Assembly (NCBI GenBank): GCA_014905635.1
Contig: CM026547.1
Coordinates: forward strand, 682,001 to 746,000
DNA: 64,000 nucleotides
Direction: 5' to 3'
Source: Scenedesmus sp. PABB004
Taxonomy: Eukaryota
Below the pieces are notes generated by a model. The model made no database searches. It was given only the letters and a program-made list of their open reading frames with translations, and was not told the origin of the DNA. The position numbers and the translations under genes were made by a program. Shown piece by piece: positions 48,101 through 57,949 of this stretch (the first letter of the stretch is position 1; each line of letters begins with the position of its first letter).

Positions 48101-51100
48101 GTTGGCCTCAGCCACCGACAGCGACACGCTCGCCACCAGCTGCGCGTCCACCACGACCAGCTGAGACGCGTCGCTCGCGCTGAGGTTGCCCGCCGTCCCC
48201 GAGCCGGACACAGACAGCGACGCGCGGCCGGCCTCAAACGCGGCCTGGTCAGCAAAGCCCACTGCGGCGGTGCAGGTCACGGACGCGTCGACGCCCAGCG
48301 CGCCGATGCTCACGCCGCCGTCGGCCACCACCACGCCAGCAGCAGTGCCGTTGGCGGGGCCGCTGCAGGCGAGGCCGGTGAGGGTGGCATTGCCGGAGAC
48401 GATCAGGCTGACGTTGCGCAGCGTCACGGAGCCCGTGTTGACGGCGGTGAAGGTGGCGGCGACCGTGCTGGCCGCGGACGGCGCGTAGCTCTCGCTCACG
48501 CCTGCCGACAGGTCCAGGGCCGCGCTCTGGTTCAGCTGCACCACGGCCCAGTCGGGCGACACCGGCGGCAGGTCGCGCACGGGGCCGCGCGGCGAGGCGC
48601 TGCCGGCCGTGGCGTTGAGCAGCACCGCGCCCAGGTCAAAGTCGGCCTGTGACAGCTGCAGCACGACAGAGCACAGCGCGGAGCCGCGCGGCTCCAGGAC
48701 CGCAACGGTGCAGTCGTTGGTGGCGCCGCCAGCGGTCGTGAGGGTCACGTTGTTGAGCCCAACGTTGCCGGGGTTGGTCAGCAGCACGGGGCAGGTCACG
48801 GCACCAGCTGCGCGAGCGGACGGGGCAGAGGGCGTGCGGCAGCAGCGCGCGGGGGCCAGGTGAGTGCTGCAGGCCGAGCTGGCTGGATGGGGCCAGCGCT
48901 CGCTGGCCGGCGCCGCTGCGGCGCGGCTGCCGCCCCTCTGCTGACCGCCCGTGCCGCGTGCCGGCGCGTCACTCACGCATGCGCGCCGGGCGGGTGCAGC
49001 TCGGGCCGTCCACGTCCACAGCCAGGTGCGGCGAGGCCGACACGGCGACCCGCACGCTGGCGGGTGCTTCGACCAGCGCCGCGGAGCCGTCGCTGCCCAG
49101 GTTGGCCGCGCTGGCGCCGGCAGCAAAGGTGCGGTCGCCCGCCTCCAGCAGCGCCTGGGTGAAGGTGAAGCTGCCCTCGCACGCCAGCTCGCTGCCCACG
49201 GGCAGCACGCCCAACGGCAGCGCCACGCTGGCGGCGGCACCCTTGAGGGTGCAGGCGCCGTCCCGGCCAGACAGCCCAGGGACCGCAACGCTGACGTTGC
49301 GCAGCTCGATGTTGCCAGCGTTGATGGCCGTCACACGCAGCCGCACCACGGCGCCGGCCTCGGACACGGCACCCGCCGTGGCGTTGGCGTCGCTCGCAGC
49401 CACGCGCACGAGCCCCACGGACAGGGCGCGCACGGCGGTCAGCGGCACCACCGCGCTGGCGGAGCCAGACACGGAGGCGAAGGGGGTCATGCGCGCAGGC
49501 GTGGCCGTGACGTTGACTGCGAGCGTGATGTTGCCGGCCTCGATGGCAGCAGGGCCAGCCACCACGCTCACGCTGCAGCTGTCGATCCCAGATGACTGGC
49601 CGGGCGCCAGCTCCAGGTCGGACAGGCCGCTGCAGTTGGCGGCGGCCCCGCTCACGGCCAGGGCGACCAGCCCCACGTTGCCCGCGTTGCGCACCACTAC
49701 CAGGCAGCTGACCAGCATGCCTGCGGCAGCAGCGGTCAGCGGTCAGCGAGGGCGGCAGCGCCCGAGCGCGCGTGCCGCCCGGGCGCCGCGCAAGACGAGT
49801 GCTGCCTGCGCGCACTGCGCACCCCCACCTGCCGCTGTGAAAGTGGATGACGTGCCGCAGCCGCCCAGCTCCACCGCCAAGCTTGGCGCCAAGCTCGGGG
49901 GGTCGACATACAGGCTCGGCGGCGCCACCTGCGTGCTGAGCTGGCACACAAACGAGGGCAGCACCGAGGTGCACATGGCATTGTCCCACGCGGCGGCGCC
50001 ACTGGACGTGCTTTCGGCTGCCACGAAGCCACAGCGCGCCTCCGACGCATTGGCGGGGCGGCCGGGCAGCCAGGCGGTGAAGTCGAGCGCGCTGCCGTTG
50101 GTCCAGGCAAACGTGCCCGCCGCGCCCGCGGCAAGGCCGATCCAGCACCTTGCGCCCGCGCCGCCGCGGGCGCACAGCTCCAGCAGCAGCTCGCCCTCCA
50201 GCGCGCTGCGCGCCGACGCGAGCTGCCCGCCCATGGCGCCGCACTGCGCGCGCGCCTCGTCAAACGCGGCGGCGCCGACGAACAGGAGGAACGCCTGGTC
50301 GTTCAGCAGCACCGCCGAGGCGGCGCTGTGGGCCGAGGCGTTCCACTGCACAGTGCCCGCGCCGAGCGCGTCCTGCTTGCAGAGCACCGGCAGCCGCACG
50401 GCGCCGCAGTCGGCGCCGATCCACGCCGCGGCCGCGGTGCCGTCGCGGCTGACCGCGGCGCAGTCGCCGTCCGGCGGCGGCGCGCCCGTCGCCCACGCGA
50501 TAAAGTCTGCGTCGCTGCCGTCCGCCCACGCCATGCTGCCGTTGATCCCCGGCACCGCGCGGTCAATCCAGCAGCCGGCCGGGCCGCCGCTTGCCAGCGC
50601 GCAGAGCTGCACGAGCAGCTGGCTCTCCGCCGCGCTGTGCACCGAGGGCAGGGCCGCGCCGAGCGCGGCGCAGAGCTGCACAGCCTGGCTGTGGCTCGCT
50701 GCGACATCGTAGAGCAGGTATGAGTGGTTGTTGAGCTGCTGGCTGGCCACAGCGCTCGGAGGCAGCACGATCCCTGCGGGGCACTCGCGCGCGGCGGCAA
50801 AAGGGCATGGTCAGGGCGGACGATGCAGCGCAGCACCGTGCAGGCGGCGACCCGACAGGTCGCACGCGCAGCGCAGCGCTCACCGCCGCCCATGGTGGCG
50901 TTGAAGCCGTCGTAAGCAGGGCCTGGGCTCGGGCTTGACGTGGCGGCAGGCGACGTGCCTGAGGCGGGAGACGGGCTCGCGTCCGCCGCCGCCGCGATGG
51001 GCTTAGGCGACGGGCTCGCGTCTGCTGCCACGGTTGGCTCGGGCGACGGGCTCGCCTCCGCAGCTGCGGCAGGCTGAGGCGACGGGCTCGCCTCCGCAGC

Positions 51101-54100
51101 TGCGGCAGGCTGAGGCAACGGGCTCGCCTCTGCCGCCGCGGTTGGCTCGGGCGACGGGCTCGCCTCCGCAGCCGCGGCAGGCTGAGGCGACGGGCTCGCC
51201 TCTGCCGCCACGGTGGGCTCGGGCGACGGGCTCGCCTCCGCAGCCGCGGCAGGCTGAGGCGACGGGCTCGCCTCCGCAGCCACAGCAGGCTGAGGCGACG
51301 GGCTCGCCTCCGCAGCTGCGGCAGGCTGAGGCGACGGGCTCGCCTCTGCCGCCACGGTGGGCTCGGGCGACGGGCTCGCCTCTGCCGCCGCGGTGGGCTT
51401 GGGCGATGGGCTCGCCTCTGCCGCGGCGTCGGGCTCAGGCGAGGGGCTGTCTGGCGCCGCCGCCGCGTCGGGCGCAGGCGACGGGCTGTCTGCCGCCGCT
51501 GCCGCGTCGGGCGCAGGCGAGGGGCTGTCTTGTGCCGCCGCCGCATCGGGCTCAGGCGACGGGCTATCTGGCGCCGTCGCTGCGTCGGGCGCAGGCGAGG
51601 GGCTGTCTGCCGCCGCTGCCGCGTCGGGCGCAGGCGAGGGGCTGTCTGCCGCCGCTGCCGCATCGGGCGCAGGCGAGGGGCTGTCTGGCGCCGCTGCCGC
51701 GTCGGGCGCAGGCGAGGGGCTGTCTTGTGCCGCCGCCGCATCGGGCTCAGGCGACGGGCTATCTGGCGCCGTCGCCGCGTCGGGCGCAGGCGAGGGGCTG
51801 TCTGGCGCCGCCGCCGCGTCGGGCGCAGGCGAGGGGCTGTCTGCCGCCGCTGCGACGTCGGGCGCAGGCGAGGGGCTGTCTGGCGCCGCTGCGACGTCGG
51901 GCGCAGGCGAGGGGCTATCTGGCGCCGTCGCCGCGTCGGGCGCAGGCGAGGGGCTGTCTGCCGCCGCTGCCGCATCGGGCGCAGGCGAGGGGCTGTCTGG
52001 CGCCGCTGCCGCGTCGGGCGCAGGCGACGGGCTGTCTTGTGCCGCCGCCGCATCGGGCTCAGGCGACGGGCTATCTGGCGCCGTCGCCGCGTCGGGCGCA
52101 GGCGACGGGCTGTCTGGCGCCGTCGCCGCGTCGAGCTCAGGCGAGGAGCTGTCTGGCGCCGAGGCCGCGTCGGGCGCAGGCGAGGTGCTGTCTGGCGCCG
52201 TCGCCGCGTCGGGCGCAGGCGAGGGGCTGTCTGCCGCCGCTGCCGCATCGGGCGCAGGCGAGGGGCTGTCTGGCGCCGCTGCCGCGTCGGGCGCAGGCGA
52301 GGGGCTGTCTTGTGCCGCCGCCGCATCGGGCTCAGGCGACGGGCTATCTGGCGCCGTCGCCGCGTCGGGCGCAGGCGAGGGGCTGTCTGCCGCCGCCGCC
52401 GCGTCGGGCTCAGGCGAGGTGCTGTCTGGCGCCGCCGCCGCGTCGGGCGCAGGCGAGGGGCTGTCTGGCGCCGCCGCCGCGTCGGGCGCAGGCGAGGGGC
52501 TGTCTGCCGCCGCTGCGACGTCGGGCGCAGGCGAGGGGCTATCTGGCGCCGTCGCCGCGTCGGGCGCAGGCGAGGGGCTGTCTGCCGCCGCTGCCGCATC
52601 GGGCGCAGGCGAGGGGCTGTCTGGCGCCGCTGCCGCGTCGGGCGCAGGCGACGGGCTGTCTTGTGCCGCCGCCGCATCGGGCTCAGGCGACGGGCTATCT
52701 GGCGCCGTCGCCGCGTCGGGCGCAGGCGAGGGGCTGTCTGGCGCCGTCGCCGCGTCGAGCTCAGGCGAGGAGCTGTCTGGCGCCGCCGCCGCGTCGGGCG
52801 CAGGCGAGGTGCTGTCTGGCGCCGCCGCCGCGTCGGGCGCAGGCGAGGGGCTGTCTGCCGCCGCTGCGACGTCGGGCGCAGGCGAGGGGCTGTCTGCCGC
52901 CGCTGCGACGTCGGGCGCAGGCGAGGGGCTGTCTTGTGCCGCCGCCGCATCGGGCTCAGGCGACGGGCTATCTGGCGCCGTCGCCGCGTCGGGCGCAGGC
53001 GAGGGGCTGTCTGGCGCCGCCGCCGCGTCGGGCGCAGGCGAGGGGCTGTCTGCCGCCGCTGCGACGTCGGGCGCAGGCGAGGGGCTGTCTGGCGCCGCTG
53101 CGACGTCGGGCGCAGGCGAGGGGCTATCTGGCGCCGTCGCCGCGTCGGGCGCAGGCGAGGGGCTGTCTGCCGCCGCTGCCGCATCGGGCGCAGGCGAGGG
53201 GCTGTCTGGCGCCGCTGCCGCGTCGGGCGCAGGCGACGGGCTGTCTTGTGCCGCCGCCGCATCGGGCTCAGGCGACGGGCTATCTGGCGCCGTCGCCGCG
53301 TCGGGCGCAGGCGAGGGGCTGTCTGCCGCCGCCGCCGCGTCGGGCTCAGGCGAGGTGCTGTCTGGCGCCGCCGCCGCGTCGGGCGCAGGCGAGGGGCTGT
53401 CTGGCGCCGCCGCCGCGTCGGGCGCAGGCGAGGGGCTGTCTGCCGCCGCTGCGACGTCGGGCGCAGGCGAGGGGCTATCTGGCGCCGTCGCCGCGTCGGG
53501 CGCAGGCGAGGGGCTGTCTGCCGCCGCTGCCGCATCGGGCGCAGGCGAGGGGCTGTCTGGCGCCGCTGCCGCGTCGGGCGCAGGCGACGGGCTGTCTTGT
53601 GCCGCCGCCGCATCGGGCTCAGGCGACGGGCTATCTGGCGCCGTCGCCGCGTCGGGCGCAGGCGACGGGCTGTCTGGCGCCGTCGCCGCGTCGAGCTCAG
53701 GCGAGGAGCTGTCTGGCGCCGCCGCCGCGTCGGGCGCAGGCGAGGTGCTGTCTGGCGCCGCCGCCGCGTCGGGCGCAGGCGAGGGGCTGTCTGCCGCCGC
53801 TGCGACGTCGGGCGCAGGCGAGGGGCTGTCTGCCGCCGCTGCGACGTCGGGCGCAGGCGAGGGGCTGTCTTGTGCCGCCGCCGCATCGGGCTCAGGCGAC
53901 GGGCTATCTGGCGCCGTCGCCGCGTCGGGCGCAGGCGAGGGGCTGTCTGGCGCCGCCGCCGCGTCGGGCGCAGGCGAGGGGCTGTCTGCCGCCGCTGCGA
54001 CGTCGGGCGCAGGCGAGGGGCTGTCTGGCGCCGCTGCGACGTCGGGCGCAGGCGAGGGGCTATCTGGCGCCGTCGCCGCGTCGGGCGCAGGCGAGGGGCT

Positions 54101-55266
54101 GTCTGCCGCCGCTGCCGCATCGGGCGCAGGCGAGGGGCTGTCTGGCGCCGCTGCCGCGTCGGGCGCAGGCGACGGGCTGTCTGGTGCCGCCGCCGCATCG
54201 GGCGCAGGCGACGGGCTATCTGGCGCCGTCGCCGCGTCGGGCGCAGGCGACGGGCTGTCTGGCGCCGTCGCCGCGTCGAGCTCAGGCGAGGAGCTGTCTG
54301 GCGCCGCCGCCGCGTCGGGCGCAGGCGAGGTGCTGTCTGGCGCCGTCGCCGCGTCGGGCGCAGGCGAGGGGCTGTCTGCCGCCGCTGCCGCATCGGGCGC
54401 AGGCGAGGGGCTGTCTGGCGCCGCTGCCGCGTCGGGCGCAGGCGAGGGGCTGTCTTGTGCCGCCGCCGCATCGGGCTCAGGCGACGGGCTATCTGGCGCC
54501 GTCGCCGCGTCGGGCGCAGGCGAGGGGCTGTCTGCCGCCGCCGCCGCGTCGGGCTCAGGCGAGGTGCTGTCTGGCGCCGCCGCCGCGTCGGGCGCAGGCG
54601 AGGGGCTGTCTGCCGCCGCTGCCGCATCGGGCGCAGGCGAGGGGCTGTCTGGCGCCGCTGCCGCGTCGGGCGCAGGCGAGGGGCTGTCTTGTGCCGCCGC
54701 CGCATCGGGCTCAGGCGACGGGCTATCTGGCGCCGTCGCCGCGTCGGGCGCAGGCGAGGGGCTGTCTGCCGCCGCCGCCGCGTCGGGCTCAGGCGAGGTG
54801 CTGTCTGGCGCCGCCGCCGCGTCGGGCGCAGGCGAGGGGCTGTCTGCCGCCGCTGCCGCGTCGGGCGCAGGCGTGGGGCTGTCTGGCGCTGCCACCGCTG
54901 TGGGATCAGGAGAGGGTCTGGCGTCCGCCGCCGCATCGGGAGCAGGCGACGGGCTCTCCTGTGCCGCGACCCGCTGGCAGCCTGCGCGGGGAGCGGTGGC
55001 GCAGCGGCGGCGGGCGGACCGGCCCCGTCAGCGAGGCACGCACCGCGCAGGGCCGCGTGCAGGTGCGGTGAGGCGTGACTGGATGATCGCCGGCGGGCGG
55101 GCCACCGCCAGCGCCCGTGCAGGGCGTGCCGGGCGATGGCGGCAAATCGCGCTGCTCGCCGCCTTCCCGCCTGCTGGGACCACGCCGGCGCACCTGCGGT
55201 GGCCAGGAGCAGCGCCACAACGCAGAGGGACCACTGCGATGACATTACGGACTTTCGTCTCGCCAT
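36158..55266 (-). CDS. Giant single-pass cell-surface protein: signal peptide, Ser/Pro mucin-like array, 2 C-type lectin domains, Ig-like (DUF11-type) repeats, ~9 saposin-like Cys-rich modules, PKD/REJ-like region, SEA-like domain, TM, short tail
   Basis: Exon 1 (55266-55194) splices to 54981 giving WSLCVVALLLATAGCQRVAA-QESPSPAP. C-type lectin motifs A...C...GGQLAS...CWIGL...WTNGS..DFTAW.PG.P...C...WDNAMC...FVC at ~50770-49930. NxGNVxL repeats at ~49720-47290. CxxC..C..C..LCxxLGxC modules at ~47280-41815. FDATYSRDPSG and LDASGSADPD...FAWTC at ~40750-39860. LRAGSVIADV at ~36740; TM GVAAAGVAVIALGALAVVLL-RRR at ~36500-36420. Not every intron junction was checked, so one continuous gene is partly inferred. 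Confidence 0.75.
43716..43785. repeat. Degenerate telomere-like tract inside an intron of the giant gene
   Basis: TAGGGGGTTAA...CCCTAAACCCTA...AACCCCTGA..CCCCTGAACCCTAAACCCCC. Confidence 0.7.
50965..51426 (-). repeat. Coding 36-bp tandem repeat (EASPSPQPAAAA-type), ~12 copies
   Basis: GGCGACGGGCTCGCCTC recurs every 36 nt. Confidence 0.9.
51427..54895 (-). repeat. Coding 39-bp tandem repeat (DSPSPAPDAAAAP), ~89 copies with higher-order structure
   Basis: 39-nt periodicity over ~3.47 kb; open frame throughout. Confidence 0.97.
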
Positions 55267-55420
55267 CAGGCCGCGCCGCGCATGGGTCGAGCTCGGGATG
55301 CCAGCGCGCTCGTGCGCAGCGCTCGCGCGTCAGGCCGACCTCGCGGCCCTCCTGTAACTGACGGACACGTTCTAGAGCGCGTGTATCGCGCCGGAGTGCT
55401 GCGCCGAGCTCTGTGTTAAA

Positions 55421-55711
55421 TCGCAGCCCAGGACCTGGCGGGCCGCCGCTGCCAGCTGCTCCGCCGCCGGCGTGGAGCAGATGTCGACGCAGCGCACGAG
55501 CTGCTGGCACTGGTCCGTGCCGTCGGCGGCGGCGCAGGCGCAGCTCTGGACGGGCGTCGCTGTGCTGCACCTCGGCGCGACCCGTGCAGTCCGCGTCGCG
55601 GCGGCAGAGGCCGGTGAGGTCTGCGCGAGGCGGCGCGCGCGCCGCGGGCGAGCGCGCGGGGTGAGCGCGCGGCTGCGTCTGCGGTGCGGCCGCGGCGCGG
55701 CGCGGCCTGGC
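55421..55711 (-). pseudogene. Degenerate duplicate of an internal exon+intron fragment (~41486-41785) of the giant gene
   Basis: Near-identical sequence including intronic bases, with a 2-bp deletion (TGCACACCTC to TGCACCTC), a 3-bp deletion and substitutions. Confidence 0.85.
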
Positions 55712-56022
55712 AGCACTCGCGGCGCGCGCCGTGCGACGTGCGGTCGCGGCGGGTGTAGCGAGGCCGCTGCCGTTGCCGTCGTGGGCCGCGCGCACCCGGC
55801 AAGGCTCCCGGCTCGTCGCAGCGTGTGGCCGCCACTCCAGCGCGACGCCCCTGACGGCGGCACCGCGCCGTCGCGAGCGCTGCCGCGCTCTGGCTCGCCC
55901 ATCCGCATCGCCCTCCCGCCCAGTTGCCCAGCTCCACGCGCTCGGGGAGACGCGAGCGGCGCGCCGCAGCGCCGCCGCTTCGGCCGCTCGGCGCTGCTGC
56001 TGCCGCTGCTGCCGCCCGCGCG

Positions 56023-57035
56023 ATGCAGCCGCTGCTGCGCGCGCGCTGCGGCTCGGTGTTCGAGCTGGTTCAGGGCTGGGATGAAGTCCAATCTGGGGCG
56101 CTGCGCCGCATTTTCGGGGCCTCAGCGCGCCCTGCCGCGGCGGCGGGCGTGGGCCCGGCGCTGGCGGCCAAGTACGGCCTTCCGTCCTCGAGTGAGCAGC
56201 TGGTGGCGAGCGTGACCAACCGGTTCAGCCTGGAGCAGACCTGGTTCAACCGCGCGCGAACGCGCAAGCCGCAGACGTTTCCGAGCGGCGCGGAGCAGCT
56301 GGACCCGACGGGCGGCGGCGGGGCGCGCTGCGACTTCTGCTCCCCGAGCACGCTGACCGCGACGGACGAGTTTGGGCGCATCGAACTGGAGCACGCCGTG
56401 ACCGGCAGGTGCGCGCCGCGGCCGCCGCGGCCGGGCAGGCGGCGGCGCCTCCTCGCCGCGCGCCGCGCCCGAGCGCCGCCGCCCTCCTGCGCGCAGCAAC
56501 TTGTTCAAGTACGCCGAGCCCTGCCACGGCATCGTTCTGCTGCGCCGGCACGACCCCCTCGCCTTCTCGCAGGCCGAGCTGAGCGACGTGCTCGACGCGA
56601 GCTGGCTGGTGCGCGGCTGCCGCGGCGCGCCCGCTCCCCGCCCGCGCGCCGCCGCCTCGCCCGCCGGCGGCGGCGGAGCGCGGCGGCGGCGGAGCGCGGC
56701 GCCTCTCGCGCGCCCCTCGCTGGGCTGAGCGCGGGCGCCCCCCCCCCCCCCCCCCCGCCACTGCCCGCCGCAGTGGTTCCAGGCGAGCCACGCGCTGCAC
56801 CCGGCGGCGGGCGAGCCATTCCTGCTCTGGAACTGCCTGCCCCGCGCGGGGGCGTCCCAATATCACGGCCACGCGCAGACGCTGCTGACCGAGGTGCCGC
56901 TGCCGGCCGCGAGCCGCCTGCGCGGCGCGGCGGCCGCGTACGCGGCGCGGCACCCGGGCTGCCCCGACTACTACACCGAACTGCTCTCCGCGCACGCGGC
57001 GGTGGGACTCGCGCGGCGGCTCGCGCTGCCCCTTG

Positions 57036-57096
<61 letters not shown>

Positions 57097-57684
57097 GCGT
57101 CTGTCGCGGGCGCGGGCGCGGGCGCAGCCGACACGGCCACGGCTGTGCAGGAGCACGTGGCGTGGGCGTTTGCGTCGCTCACGCCGATCAAGGACCAGGA
57201 GGTGGTCGTGCTCGGCGCGCACCTCTGCTGCCCGGCGTTCCAGCGCATGCTGCACGCCGCGCTGCGCGCGCTCATCGACGGCCTCGGCAGCAGCGCGTTC
57301 AACGCGGGCGTGCTCAACCTGGACCTCTCCGCGCCGCCGCCGGCGGGCGTCGGCGCCGAGCGGCGCCACTGGCGCAGCGGTGGCGGCGCCGGCGCTGGCG
57401 GCGGGGCGAGCAGCAGCAGCAGCAGCAGCGCCAGCGTGGCGAGCATGGCCAGCACGGCCAGCACGGCCGGCGACGGTGGCGACGGCGCCCCCGGTCTGCC
57501 GCCGCCGCCCGGCTGGCCGGCAGCGCCGGTCATGGCGCGCGTGGTGAGCCGCGGCAGGGCCACGAGCGCGGCGAGCGACTTTGGCGGACTTGAAGTGATT
57601 GGCGGGGCATCCATCGGGCACACAGACCCGTATGACGTTGTCGCAGCTCTGGATGAGCAGCTCGGTCTCGCCCCGGGGCCGTGA
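56023..57684 (+). CDS. HIT-superfamily, GalT-like nucleotidyltransferase/hydrolase domain protein
   Basis: EQTWFNRARTRKP, CDFC, SNLFKY and WNCLPRAGASQYHGHAQ (GalT-branch GASxxHxHxQ motif, ~56828-56878); GT-AG introns at ~56409 and ~56609; stop at 57682-57684. Confidence 0.75.
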
Positions 57685-57949
57685 GGCGCACGGGCGGCTC
57701 AGCGCGCCGCCGCGACACGACATCGCGCGGCGGCTCTGCGGTTACCTGGGCCCTGCGCGCTGTGACGCCCCGCCCGCCGCCGCCCGCACCACCGCCCGCG
57801 CGTTGCTGCCAGTGCCCACACTTTCTCGCCCACTCCCGCGCACCGGACGCCTGAACGCCGCACGCCGCCCATCTCGCGCCGCCGCGCCGACCACACACCA
57901 GCGGCCGCGCCGCACGCAGCTCCTGCGCCCACCCTCCGTAGCCTCCAGC

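Noticed and set aside
51427..54895. CRISPR-like periodicity
   Set aside because: Contiguous tandem units without unique spacers, in-frame coding, no cas genes, eukaryotic context.
51034..55361. Very long ORFs (1182-1567 aa) in other frames or on the other strand over the 39-bp array
   Set aside because: The repeat unit lacks stops in most frames; only the Ser/Pro frame splices to a signal peptide and to the lectin exons.
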